A model generated the notes under the pieces. It had not been told where the DNA came from. It did no database searches and worked only from the letters and a program-made list of their open reading frames with translations. A program made the translations under genes and the position numbers. Below, in pieces: positions 37,561 to 50,993 of a stretch of DNA of 64,000 nucleotides (positions are counted from its first letter, which is position 1; each line of letters opens with the position of its first letter). This DNA is from the human T2T-CHM13v2.0 reference genome, Homo sapiens: assembly GCF_009914755.1 (NCBI RefSeq), contig NC_060926.1; one strand, given 5' to 3'.

Positions 37561-38850
37561 ACATGTAACTAGTATAACTTGCAAATTCATATTATCAATT
37601 TTGATCAACTTTTAGATTAAGGAGAGGTATTATTGAAGTAACTCCTTTTCACACCAAATTCTCTGAATTCTGCATTGGTCAGCACTGCTCTGATTTTTCT
37701 TAGGAAAAGCACAGGTTTAGATTGTAGAGTTGATTTATTTATTACACATAATTTATCCACCCCAAAATACTTGAGATATTAAACATTTTTCTGTGTTTTC
37801 ATTGATAGAATGTAACAATGCTATCAAGCAGATAATTTCATCATTTTTAAAAATGTCTGATGACTTTTAACTAAAACGTGATTCTACAGGTGCATTTTCT
37901 CTGTACAAATTATGGTCTTAAATTTTAGTATCCCTGACAACCACTTTTGATCCTTTGATTTAAGAGATTTATGGAGGTTTTTGGCAAAATAATGTTGAAA
38001 TGCTCTAAAATGAGAGATACATGTATTTGTGATTACCAATAAATCGATCCAAACCAATGAACATGAGAATCGTGGATAGCTATGGGTTTGAAAACTCTTA
38101 TCCTAACTATCAAGAAGAATGGTTCACATGATGACAGGGCAGGTTATGAAACTCATTCAGAATTATTGATAACTTGAAAATATGAGAATAGAGTATTTAT
38201 ACACTTATGTTCAGAAGGAAACTGAAATCTGGCATTTGATAGAAGCCGGGACATATAGAAACTGATATACCTTCTATAGCTTAATTATTTCATATAAGAA
38301 AAAATCTCACTATTATCACTAGAATATTTGAGAAATGTTTATTTCCTTGTTTGCTATTGCTTGGGAGGGGAAGAGTAGTTGAAAACTAGAAAGTGAGACT
38401 AAGGTAGATGTTACAAAGTGAGTAAATTTACAGCCAACAAACTTATAATATGATCTGAAACATATCTAAAAGTAAGTCCTTTAATAGGTATAATGTCTTC
38501 ACATACCAAAAATTCCTACTAGTATTTCACTTACTCTTTATCATTTGAAAGCTTGCCCGCTTTGTTATGCAAACTGTGAATGGTATGTCTCCGTAATTAA
38601 ACATTTTAATTGGCTTATGAATTAAACTCAAAATGTCTTAGTACTATCTAATTTTAAAATGCTGTCAATAGGCTTGCTAATTCTGCATGTATTTACTTAG
38701 CACCTATTCTATAGAAGATGTTCTGTCAGATAATGAGGAATAAAGTGAATAAAACAAAAGACAATGAGCACACATTTCAACTATGGTGATTATCCCAGTG
38801 CATTGTGATTGCTTTGTTATATGTTTGACCACTTTTGGTTGACTTAAAGA

Positions 38851-38851
<1 letters not shown>

Positions 38852-38881
<30 letters not shown>

Positions 38882-38909
38882 ACATATGTGTGTGTGCATG
38901 TGTATGTGC
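38852..38909. repeat. (TG)n(CG)n purine-pyrimidine microsatellite
   Basis: Direct reading; Z-DNA-prone composition. Confidence 0.9.
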
Positions 38910-39249
38910 ATTCTAAATTATGTAGAAAGTATTCCAACTGTGATCATAAAAAAAAAGTTTGAAAAATACTGCACTTAGCTGTGAGTCGCCTGAGAATAGA
39001 GACTATTTCAACTATTTTATCTGTTTCTCTTGAAACCAACACTAGAACTGGAATATTGTAGGTACTCCATATTGGTTGAATCTTGGGCAAAAGAAAAAAG
39101 GAAACATTTTTGTTAGTATAGTGATAAAGTTCTTGTAGTCATTAAACCTCAAGACAAAGATGTTAGAGCAATAAGGTTGTGTTATTTTTGTTGTAAATGC
39201 CATCTAGGTTATTTGAAGGCTACCCTTTAGGGAAAAGAAATGTCAAGAA

Positions 39250-40160
39250 AAAGTTCTATCATGATGGAGAGTGTTATTGGGAGGTGCTAGGTGAGCATGT
39301 CAGCTAGGGCTGAGCAGGAGAACCGGGGCATCAAATCTGGTTTGGACTTCCTTGAGAAAGTGGGAAACAGTCACACATTGGGATGAAGTCTAAAAAGAGA
39401 GGTTAAAGCGCTAAGGTGCAAGAGGAATAGGAGGTGCAACCCAGCTTTTAGGAGTTGGGGGATTGGCAGCTATAGCAATGGGAAAGAAAAATTAAGAAGG
39501 CAAAGGCAGGATCCTAGATCTTCAGCTGGCTGAGGGACCACATGCTGATGAAGGAAATGGGGAAAAATGGAAAAGGGATGACTGAGTCTTATAGCGGTGT
39601 TGGGCATAGCAGTGAGCATCAGATCTCTATGAAGTTATGGGCTCTACCATAGTAAACACAGAACATATTGAGATAATGTGAAATCCGTTCTGTCTGGCTC
39701 AAACAAAGAGATAGTCTAGGACAATACAAAGGAAAGACAGGTTTTTGATAGGAAATCCGAGGTAAGGAATGGGGGACGTTATTTACAGGAATGGGGGAAG
39801 TTATTAAATTTTTTGAATGGGAGAGTTAGAATATGATATGTATGCATTATGGCAGTGTCCAGAATGAGCGGAAGAGGGAAGAGATAGAAAACAGTAGGGA
39901 ACTATTGCAATAGATGGTAGAAATAATAACCTTTGCTGTGTGACAGGCATGGTACTTAGCATTTATGTGCCTTACCCACATTTAATCTACAATAATCTTA
40001 TCAATTAGATACTGATTTCACCCCCATTTTACAGTTGCAGAATCTGAAACAAAGAAAGACTACATGACTTGCTAAGGTAAAAGAAGCTGGAAGGCAGGAG
40101 GGTAGAGTCAGGAAGCAATGCCTGAGGGTATAAACTGAGCCCTCAATTACCAAGCCACAT
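39250..40160 (-). mobile_element. L2 fragment followed by MIR (~39925-40160)
   Basis: MIR core cccccattttacagttgcagaatctgaaac; purine-rich L2-like body. Confidence 0.55.
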
Positions 40161-42266
40161 TATCTCTATAGATATCATTCTACATCCAGTATTATATTCC
40201 TCATACATTTTAGAACAAAATAGCTCTTTCAGTGAAGTTTTTCAAGTTTAAGTTAACTTCTTTTTAAATCTCCAATTAGTCTCTTGTAGCATAAACCAAT
40301 TAGGCATATGTTTGAGAACAACTTGGCAGATTTCACTATAATATAGCAAGCCTGGGCTCTTATTATCCCTTCCATGTGTGTCCTTTAGAGCCTTAGACAC
40401 AGTCTTTGGCTGACTTTGGGTATTGATTCCATTTTGCTGCCAACATTCTTCAATTGATGTAGAAAATCCAGGCTGATCTATTAATATACCTAAGTCTGCC
40501 TTCTGCAGCATAGGGTTGAAGTGAATTTTTAAAGAACGTGTTTGTAGTCAGCTGTATTTCTAGACCTTTTCACATAGGATCACCAACAATAAGGTCCAAA
40601 AATTAGATGTCTGACTCATTCAAGACCCCTTCTCAGGGTTCTGAATTCTCATTCAGAATTTTGTATTATAAAACCTCTGCAGCCACAGCTTTCCTATTAT
40701 TGTACATAAACCATTCATTCTACCTTCTGGCCAAGTTATCCTCTATTCTTCAAAATGCTTGATTTCTATGCTTCCTTTTTCATATATTTACTGCTTATCT
40801 GAATTCTATTCATTGTTCAAAGCCAGCATCACATCCCACTTCTGCCAATGGCCAACTACTGAGCCCTGGTGTTATTTCCTATTCACTTCCATGGCACTGA
40901 TTAGAAGTAGCACTCATTAGTAAGTATATCTTTGACTCCCTTATGTGGTTAAGCATATTTTTATGTGACCATGTCACTCTTAGTTCAGTAGGTGATAGAC
41001 ACTCCCTTCCCCAACTATAGCAGGGTCTTGGCCTTAGCATTAATTTATATTTCTGATTAGCATATACCATTTTACTTCACACACTGCAAACATACAAGTA
41101 CTTTTATTTAGCATTTTTAAAAATTATCAAATAGTGCTTATTTTCTTATGATTAAGTACAAGAGTATATATGACATCTTTATTATAGGAGTTCTAAACTC
41201 AGGGAAAAGACAGATACAAATTTAGCAAGTCATTTGGAGATTACATATGTTGTATAAAATGGAAAAAAAATACTGCCGTATAGGACTGCAGGTGCAAAAC
41301 TGCCAGACTTTGCTTGCTTTTTTTTTTTCTTTAAGACAATCCAGAAATTCACATTCTCTTGTAAAATTTATTCAATGTTCAATATTTGCTGAAACAAGTT
41401 TTAAATACTATGCAAGAAAAACACATCTGTTGACCCATTTATCAGCCCACGTTTGTGCCTTCTAATGTACATATATTTGTCATTTCAATATAATATTTAG
41501 AACACTGTACTCACAAGCATGAAAAAATAATTGAATTTATTAACATACACTATTTGTTTCTATAAACCATAATGTAATACAAAATAAAAAGGACTGAGAA
41601 CTATTACAAAATTTTATTCCACACATGTATTTCAACAAGATTTTATGAACAATTTTGTATTGCACAGAAATGCAGTACTGATGGGAAATTCAACCATCAA
41701 TTATAGGATGAATTACTGTATCATTTATAGAAGTATTAATATAGACATTTTTTGGGGCCCAATAGCAGTTGCCAGATTCTATATCTGCAAGAATCAAACA
41801 TTTCTGTGAAGACTCAGAGAAGTGTGATCATTGCATATCCCCCCCATCCCTTGAGATTAGATTTCACTTCATTTCAACCAACATATATTAAATGTCTGCT
41901 TTGAGTAAGACCTCATCATGGTAGATGCTACAGATAACACAAAAATGAGTAATATACTTTACCTTCTCTGTACCTCTGTTCATATCTTTGCCTATCTAAA
42001 TTCTTCCTCTTCCTTCGAAGCTTAAGTCTTATTTAACCTTTCCTAAATCTAGTTGATGGGCAAAACACATAATCAAATAAGTATAGTACAAAATACACTA
42101 TGACAAGTTCTTTAAAGGCGACATCCAAAAAATTATCTGGGTGCACAAAAATTGCAAAGTAAGCCTCTACTAGTTTTACCACGATTCAAACTTATTCATT
42201 CAAATTATCAGTTGCAATCACATGCAAAGAAAGCATATCCCTGCAAAGACAATGGAAAGCAGCTTT

Positions 42267-42349
42267 CTGCTGACTCTGAGCGCACTGCCTATAAGTTAGC
42301 CCTGCTCCACAAGGAGCAGTAAATAAAAATAAATTTTTTAAAAGAGAAA
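42267..42349 (+). mobile_element. 54-nt short-RNA retrocopy with A-rich tail and TSD
   Basis: TSD aaagcagcttt (42256-42266 / 42350-42360); body 42267-42320 ending in a 7-bp hairpin; tail 42321-42349. Confidence 0.8.
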
Positions 42350-42477
42350 AAAGCAGCTTTGTACTAATGGGATGAGGAGGCTTGTGATATAATATGAATA
42401 ACTAAGCCAACAACCAGCCCAGGAGATAGTCTAAAGTATTCTAATTGACATTTCAATATGTTAGAGATGAAATATAT

Positions 42478-43060
42478 TGTTATTCAATCATCTATTAAAA
42501 ATGCTGGTTGTCTTCCATGGGCCTTACACTATTCTAGATGCTGAAGATGCAGCTGTAAGTAATACTGTCAAGGTTCCCTCTTCCTGGTACATATATTATA
42601 GTGACAAAGACAGATAAGCAAGAATGATAATTTCAGTTGGAAAGAAATGCTTTGGTGAAAATAACACAGCATAACATAATAAAAAGTGACCAGTAGGAAC
42701 TGAAAGCAACCTTAATTAGGTTGTCCATTAAACTTCTCTTGGAGGAAATGATATTTGATCAGAGTTCTAGTGATGAGGGGTAACCAGAATGTGACTGTCA
42801 AGGAGCCAGGCAGACTTGACATTGCCTTTGCAGAGAAGTGTGACAAGATCCAGAGTGAGAAAGAAGAGGAATGGTGGGAAAAGAAAGCACATCACACCTG
42901 GATTTGTTAACTAGCATAAGGACTTTGGAACTTACGTGAAATATAATGGGCAGCCATTGAAAAATTTTGAGCAAGGAACTGATACTGTATGATTTATGTA
43001 TTGAAAGATTACTTTGGCCTAATCTTTTGGTTGATACAAAAGCTTAGGAAGGGGAGCAAT
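42478..43060 (-). mobile_element. L2 fragment
   Basis: ttattcaatcatctattaaaaatgct terminus; gggcagccattgaaaaattttgagcaagg motif. Confidence 0.65.
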
Positions 43061-43164
43061 AGGATTGGAGGACATATATAATATTATATATTATAATATA
43101 TAATATTATGGAGGATGTATATAAAATATGATAATATATACACATTATATATATATACAACCCC

Positions 43165-43545
43165 TGAAATATCTATGGCTTACAAGGCCATTTTTCATTC
43201 AGGTTACCTGTCAGCTGCTACAGTTAAACCACTGTAGATGTGTTCTGTGTGTCATTTTAACCCAAGGCCACATTGAAGGAGCAGTCCCTATTTGTGATGT
43301 ATTATCCTTATAGCAGAGAGAAAAGAGCAAGAGGTAGAGCCTTATCTTGAAATTGTTCTTAAAGTTTCTGTCAGATGTGATATAGTCACATATATTGCCA
43401 TTGGCCAAGGCAAGTCACATGACCAAGCATAGCAATGGGATGGGACAGCATTGGAGGCACTGCCCGTGAAGCAGCAACATGCTAGTGTACACAGTACTTC
43501 ACAGAGGAGGGAGTGCATAGCTGGAGGTGATGATATAATCTACCA
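43165..43545 (-). mobile_element. MLT1 (K/L-like) LTR
   Basis: ccattggccaaggcaagtcacatgaccaagc motif. Confidence 0.65.
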
Positions 43546-43599
43546 GGATAGGTATAAATAGGGGAAAAATTGTTGATGAAAATGGCTTCAGCAGCGTAC

Positions 43600-43750
43600 A
43601 AATCTCCAGCACTGGATTCTAGTTACAGGTGAAAGAATTATCTAGTATCTAACCTGGCTTTGCCACTAGCAAACTTGTAATCCTGTCCAATTCACTTAAC
43701 CTGCTTGAGCTTCCTTTTTATCTGTAAAATACTAAGTTTATACTAGAATC
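43600..43750 (+). mobile_element. MIR fragment
   Basis: cctggctttgccactagc..tcacttaacc..tatctgtaaaat. Confidence 0.65.
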
Positions 43751-44019
43751 ACGGAATATTATCTTGGCTTTCAAGAGTTCTTGGTTAACAGTGGGTTCAC
43801 CTAATGATATATAAAAATTTTATGATATCTGAGTAGGTACATTTTCTGGAGAAAGGCTACTCAGCTGCTCAAAATCACTGGGACCTGAAGATAACAAATA
43901 ACTTAAAAACAATACATGATTTATAAGATTCACAGTGAGCTTTAAATGTCTAGATTCACACCTGCCAAGGCATATCACATCCCCAAGTTTAATGAATCTT
44001 TTTTCCAATTCCAAATTTT

Positions 44020-44520
44020 TTTATGAAAGCATACTAATTGTAAGAAGAAAAACAATACAAAGGAACAATTAGCAGTCTCCAAACACCATCTAAATAATTG
44101 ATATCAACTCCCTGGTATGAATTATTCTATGTTATTTTCCATGAAGATACGGGCATATATGGCCACTTCTATAATGCATAATTTATATCTTGCTTGCTTC
44201 ATACAAAAGAGATGATGCAAATGAGTTTGGACTGGATATTTTCTGTAACTTATTTCTCCACATAATATATCATCAATATCCTTCCAGCATAGTATATATA
44301 GATTGAATTTATCTTTAATACCTTTATATTTGTTCATGGTGTGCATATTTTTAATACTTGAGACCATTTACCTATTAAAGGACATTAAGATTTTCTTCAT
44401 AACATTTTCATCATAAGCATGTTGATAGAAATATGTTTGCACATGCATCTTTACACATATGTCTTTATATCTTGGGATAGAGTCTTTCAAGTGGGATTGC
44501 TCTGCCAAGAAAATGTGTAC
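44020..44520 (-). mobile_element. Old L1ME-like 3' fragment
   Basis: atatatagattgaatttatctttaata; tttacctattaaaggacattaagattt motifs. Confidence 0.5.
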
Positions 44521-44529
44521 TCTTAGTTT

Positions 44530-44985
44530 TGTTGGCATAGTAGATGTAGATCGTGCACTGCACAGATCTTCCCTTTGGGTCTGTGGCATTCATTTCCAAA
44601 CTGCTAGGAATGTTGACGTCCGACATCTCTCAGCTGAATTCCTCTCTGGTACTTGTTTTTCATTAAAGAGAGCTGAATAAACCAGGGTTGTAATCTTTTC
44701 TTGGGGGCATCCCACACCAAAAGATTGGTTGATGCAAGGGTACAAAGGTCTCATTTTTCCTCCAAATTGGGATAACTCTAAAGGGCTATCCCATGTCCAG
44801 ATCTCCTGATATGATTGGCTGGGCTTTTGTTGCAACTGCAGCAAAACTCAACCTATCTTTCTGCCCACTTCCGTTTCCTTCATTCTCCCACATAAACTTA
44901 TACAAAGCTTACTTTCCAATAGACTTGGTGCACATTAATCCCAGTAATCTCCATCTCTGCTCTGCAGGGAACTTAGCCAGTGACG
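44530..44985 (+). mobile_element. LTR16-like ERVL LTR
   Basis: tgatgcaagggtacaaagg; gggataactctaaagggctatccc; aatctccatctc 3' end. Confidence 0.65.
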
Positions 44986-46461
44986 ATGGCAGATTCATTT
45001 CTGTAATTACTGCTCAGGCTTCTCTGGCAATCAGGAAGTCAAACCTAACAGCATTAGTCTTGAGGCTTATCAACATAGTGTAGTTTCTATAGGATGAAGC
45101 ATCCTATCACACAGATTTTCTAAGCACCAACTTGTCTGATTGAAATGAGTCTTCTATAATGAAAATCCACTACAGTGAATGACTTGTTTACTTTGTCCAG
45201 TTTCTATAATCAAATTGCCTCTCTGTAGGACATTTATATAATACATTTACTTGATATGATTTTTTTTCTTCAGTGAGCTGTGGGTTTACTATTTACTGTG
45301 AATGAAGCAAACATGCTTAGAAAGTACTTACAAAGCCAGAATTTCTGTTTACTAGGTATGGAAAACCAAAAGTCAATGTCTTTAAGATTGCTCTCAATTT
45401 CTGTGCACAGCTAGTTTTCCACCATTTTGTCTAAAACCTCAATCTATTCCTCAGAGTTAGACAATTACGTAGGAACTTTCCAGGCAATCCACTCCTGTAG
45501 CAGCCTTTTCAAGGTGCTCCCCAACTCTTTTGTGAATGCAACATACAGAATCCACAAAGGGAGACTTGTGAGAGGAAGGAAGAAGAAAAGAAAATAACAA
45601 GGATGGGAAGAAGAAACTCCTTTGAAAGCAATAGTAAAAATAAACTCCAGTTGCTTTCTTTGTGAGTAGCTGAATATCCATTGATAAATTTGTCAGAATA
45701 TTTGATGTTTCAGTAGACATACTTAATTTTAAAAACTTCTATAACCACCAAATATTACCTTTAAAAATGTAAAAACAATGCAAAGCAGATGTATCCAGAA
45801 GCATGTGAAATGTGCTCTGTAAAATCAACAATGGAGTATAGAATAATAACTCTAATGTCATAAAACTAGACTTTTTAAGATTTACTTTAAGTGGGTAAGA
45901 GGAGGCCAATGTTGAAAGAATATAAGTTGATAAGCTTCCTTGTAATGGTCGATAATAAATCACCATTTAATTTTGCCCATGTCAGAAAAAAAAAGTGAAA
46001 AGAAAATCTTTACTGAGCTTCAAGCTATTCCATGTGCTGCACAGAAATACAATAGATCAATTTCATTACCTGAAAGTCAGTGATTGACGTTTTGAGTGTC
46101 AGTTTGAAATATGGCTGTGACAAACCTCATCCAATTAAAGAATATCCCCACTCCCAAAGAAAAATTTTCTGCAGCTCCAAACTGGGGGACATCATTGTGC
46201 TTATGATAAAGTCCATGGCAGTAGCTGACATTAGAGTTCTCCTTTATTGTCTACATAGTGCCTTGCTAATTAGCTCAGCTTCACTCTGGGAAGAGCTGTC
46301 TATCTGGAGTAGGAGAAGTTATTCTTTCTCAGTGCCAGATTGCTCCTAATTCCTTTCTGAAAAGAAAGTGTCAGTCATGCTTAATTGTATTAAATTAGGT
46401 GTGATGTTTTAAAACAGCACAGCCTCCTTAAAGCTCAACTAAATCATGCAAATTTTTATTT

Positions 46462-47333
46462 GCAAGTTTTTCTTAGGGATTTCAAAAGGGGAGGGGGTAC
46501 GAATAGAGAGTAAGTCACAAAGATCACATGCTTCAAAGGGCAATAAAGATCACAAGGCAAAATTAGAATTACTGATGAGGTTCCATGTCCCGCTGGGCAC
46601 GTATTGTCTTGATAAACATCTTAACAAGAAACAGGGTTCAAGAGCAGACAACTGGTCTGACTAGAAATCACCAGGCTGGAATTTCCTAATCCTAGCAAGC
46701 CTGAGGGCACTGCAGGAGACCAGGGCATATTTCATCCCTTATCTTCAACCACGTAAGACAGACACTCCCAGAGTGGCCGTTCATATACCCACCCCTGGGA
46801 ATGCATTCCTTCCCCAGGGTTATTCCTTGCTGGGAAAAGAATTCAGTGATATTTCTCCTATTCACTTTTTGCAAAAAGAGAAATATGACTTTGTTCTGCC
46901 TGGTCCCGCAGGCAGTCAGACCTTATGGTTATCTCCCTTGTTCCCTGAAAATCGCTGTTATCCTGTTCTTTTTTAGGATGCCCAGATTTCATATTGTTCA
47001 AACACACAGGTTTTACAAACAATTTGTGCAGTTAACGCAATCATCACAAGGTCCTGGGGCAACATACATCCTCAGCTTATGAAGATGATGGGATTAAGAG
47101 ATTAAAGTAAAGACAGGTGTAGGAAATTATAAGAGTATTGATTGGGGAAGTGATAAATGTCCATGAAATCTTCATAATTTATGTTCAGAGATTGCAGTAA
47201 AGACAGGCATTAAGAAATTATAAAAGTATTAATTTGGGGAACTAATAAATGTCCGTGAAATCTTCACAATTTATGTTCTTCTGCCACGGCTTCAGCCAGT
47301 CCCTCTGTTCGGGGTCCCTGACTTCCCGCAACA
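46462..47333 (-). mobile_element. MER11 (HERV-K/HML-8) LTR lacking its 3' (U5) part
   Basis: Begins TGTTGCGGGAAGTCAGGGACCCCGAAC at 47333; internal repeats of AACATAAATTGTGAAGATTTCA; stops just after the poly(A)-signal region. Confidence 0.9.
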
Positions 47334-47555
47334 ATGAGTCATGTAAGTGTGCCATTTTACAACTAATCCACCTAGCCCACTTACACCCCTGCCAACATCT
47401 GACTGCAACCAAATGAGAATTGCCCTTCCCAAACTTCTGGACCACAAATGGTAAACAAAATGAAATAGTTATTATTTTATACCACTAAACTGGAGTACAA
47501 TTTTATAGGCAGCAATAGTAACTAGAACAAAAATTTGGTACCAGAGTATGGCAGT
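47334..47555 (+). mobile_element. MLT1 LTR 3' half plus start of internal region
   Basis: catctgactgcaacc; gcagcaatagtaactagaaca (ends 47529) then aaatttggtaccag. Confidence 0.7.
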
Positions 47556-47559
47556 CAAA

Positions 47560-48140
47560 CTCACAGAAATATTGAATACCTGTCTAGTTTCTACTTATCA
47601 TGCTAGTGTATAAACAGGCAAGGAAGAAGTTTTACTCTACTAGCTGTGTGATTGATCCTCACTTTCAATGGGGACTAAGATGCTTTATACAATGGAACTG
47701 AGGAGAAGAATGTCTAGAATGGAGAATATCTCCTGAAGTGCTTCCTCTTATGTCCTGTGGTAAAAGTCAAGAAACAATAACAACCCAATATAGGCAGCAT
47801 TGCTAAAGATGCAGACCTTTTAGAAATGAAGGTTTGGGTCACCCACTAAGAAAGGAAGCATGACCAGCTGAAAAGCTGACTGAGGGCAAAGAGAAAGTAG
47901 AATGGGTAATAAAGAAAATTATAAATAATAGCAGAAACAAGAGTCTGCAATAGTTATAATATTTATTCCTTATTGTCTATTAATATATATGTGTAGATGT
48001 GAATCAATTCTCTTCCCCCACCACCTCCCCCTATCTAGCATAGAATGTATTAATTCTAGTTATCCTCATATCTTATTACTTAAATTACAAAATATCAAAA
48101 GAGGAGAGTGACTCTGCTAGAAGAAGAATACCCATCATTT
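47560..48140 (+). mobile_element. ERVL internal 3' region, left part
   Basis: aacaggcaaggaagaagttttactctactagctgtgtgattgatcctcact resembles ERVL QQAKKGVTVLAGVIDPDY; gaaggtttgggtcaccc. Confidence 0.7.
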
Positions 48141-50993
48141 AAAGATAAAAAGGGGGTGAACAAATGGATGACCAGACTCTGGTCTGAAGTAGAGAGAAGC
48201 TGGAAGCCCTGAATGGGGTTGCCAAGCACTGGGACTAATTCCTAGCCCCAAGCAACTCCTAGGGAAGGGTTGAGTTAGACAGGCATGGAGTGGCCTACTT
48301 CTGCATGGAACTCTGGAATCCTAGCCGCAGGAGATCCCACAACCTCCATGGAAATTGGAGTTGGCAAGGAGAACTGCTTGGAGAGTTGGCAGGAACAGGA
48401 CTCCAGGCAGTGTGGAGCCCAGAGGGTTTGGTGCAGGCGTGGCTGCAGTGAAGAATGGACAGGGATGCCCATCCCTCAATGCTTGCCCTGCTCCTCTAGG
48501 CAGGTTTGGCTTTTGTTTACTGTCAGATACAGACAAAGCATGGCTGTCTTGCCCATGGGATGAGGTTAGTATGATCTGAACACCCCTCTATCTGACAGGC
48601 TCTCCTGGGGTGCCTGCCTGGCCATGTCCACTTGCAGTGCAGCCTTCATTACCCAACCAGGGTGCTTCTCAGTGGCCACTTCTATAACTCCTTTATCAGC
48701 AGAACCTGCCTATCCATCAGAGAGCTTCTGCAGGTGGGCCCTCACCAGCACTCACCCACCTGCAGCCTCCCCAGATTGCTTTGCCAGCACATGATTGCCC
48801 ATTGCCTACCCCTTGCCACCACTGGTGTGCACACACAATTACAGACCCTGATACCACACTGTCTTCCTGCAACCAACAGCATGCAAGCACCAATCCCACT
48901 GTGCCACCGTCCTGCTGCTCCTGGTGTGTGCATGCATGCATAAGAGTGGACCCAGTGCCATTGCCCCAAGAAGTGCTTTTGCTAGGACTCCCCATTGGAG
49001 TGGTGTTGCCAGCAGACCAGGAAAATCTCAGCCCCTCCAGCACAGCAGGTGCTTAACCTTAAAGGGTCAGAGAACAGAGTGCTGAGCTGAGCCTTGGCCC
49101 CCTGAAATTGTCCAGAAATGAAGCTAGTCAACTAAACCCAAATTATACCACCATCGAACCCTCAGATGCATCAAAGAATATAAAATCAAAAAGCCCTATC
49201 CAAAGGGCAGCAATGTCAAACCTTAAAGGAACATTGGCCCACACAAATGAGAAAGAACCAGTGCAAGAGCTCTGGCAAGTTAAAAGCCAGAGTGTCTCCT
49301 TACCTCCCAATGACTGGACTAGCTCCCCAGCAATGGTTTTTAACAAGGCTGAGATGGCTAAAATGATGGACTTGGAATTCAGAATCAGGGTGGAAATGAA
49401 GATCATAAAGATTCAGGAGAAAGTTGAAACTCAACACAAGGAATCTAAGGAGTCCAGTAAAATACAAGAGATGAAAATCAAAATAGCCATTTTAAGAAAG
49501 AAAACTCACTACAAGAATTTTATAATACAATTAGTATTAATAGCAGAATATACCAGGCAGGAAAGAATCTCAGTGCTCAGAAATCACTTCTTCAACTCAC
49601 TTCAGTCAGAAAAAAATAAAGAAAAAAGAATAAAAAAGAATGAATAAAACCTCCAAGTGATATGAGATTATGTAAAGGCCAAACCTACAACTCATTGGCA
49701 ACCCTGAAAGAGGGAGAGAGATCAAACAACTTGGAAAATATATTTGAGGATATCATCCCTGAACATTTCCCCAGCCTCACTAGACAGGTAAACATTCAAA
49801 GTCAGAAAATTCAGAGAACCCCTGCAAGATACTATATAAGACAACCATCCCTAAGACACATACTCATCAGATTCTCCAAGGTCAACATGAAAGTAAAGGC
49901 AGCTAGAGAAAAGTGGCTGGTCACCTATAAAGGGAACCACACAAGGCTAACAGAAGGTCTTTCATGAGAACCTCTACAATCCAGAAGAGATTGGAGGTCT
50001 ATATTCAGCATTCTTAAAGAAAAGAAATTCCAACCAATAATTTCATATCTAGCCAAACTAAGCTTCATAAGCTAAGGAGAAATAGGATCCTTTTCAGATA
50101 AGCAAATGCTAAGGGAATTTGTTACTGCCAGATCTTCCTAACAATAGGTCCTTAAAGGAGTGGTAAACATGAAAGTGAAAGACCATTACCAGCCACTACA
50201 AAGATATTCTTAAGTACATAGAGCATTGATGCTATAAAGCAACCACAGAAACAAGTCTACAAAATACCCAGCTAACAACACGATGACAAGGTCAAATCGG
50301 CACATATCAAAGCTAGCTTTGAACATAAATGGCTAAATTCTCCACTTTAAAAGACAAAGAGTAACAAGCTGGGTAAAGAAGTAAGACTCAACTGTATGCT
50401 GTCTTCAAGGGACCCATCTAACAATCAATGACACCTGTAGGCCCAAAATAAAGAGAGAAAAATCTACCAAGAAAAAGGAAAACAAAAAAAGCAGGGGTTG
50501 CTATTCTTCAGACAAAACAGACTTAAAACCAACAAGATCTAAAAGGACAAAGAAGGGCACTACATAATGATAAAGGTCATTTCATAATAATTATATATAT
50601 TCTAAATATATATGCACCCAACACTGGGGCACTCAGATTCATTAAGCAAGTTCTTAGAGACAACAAAGACATTTTGATAAGCACACAATAATAGTGGGAG
50701 AGTTCAATGCCCCACTGACAGTATTAGACCATTTAGACAGAAAACTAACAAAGATACTCAGGACCTAAACACAACACTTGACCAAGGGGACCTAACAGAC
50801 TCCTGCAGAACACTCCACCCAACAATTATAGAATATACATTCTTCTCATCTGTATGTGACACATACTCTAAAATTGACCACATACTTACCTATAAAGCAA
50901 TTGTCAAAAATTCAAAAAACTGGTCATATGAACTGAAATCTCAGACTATAGTGCAGTAAATAGAGAAATCAATACCAAGAAAAGATATCTCAA

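Noticed and set aside
42302-42319. Histone stem-loop, U7 or rho-independent terminator
   Set aside because: The sequence matches neither the histone stem-loop nor U7, and the context is a eukaryotic retrocopy.
47090-47282. Spaced direct repeats resembling a CRISPR array
   Set aside because: Internal tandem repeats of MER11 U3; no unique spacers or cas genes.
46446-47348. MER11 as an L1-retroposed polyadenylated LTR transcript
   Set aside because: It starts exactly at the LTR TG, the candidate TSD matches only ~10/14, and the host MLT1 is also truncated; deletion is simpler.
48275-49056. Cluster of overlapping ORFs in GC-richer DNA (also 50990-52029)
   Set aside because: They lie in L1 5'UTRs; chance ORFs from higher GC content.
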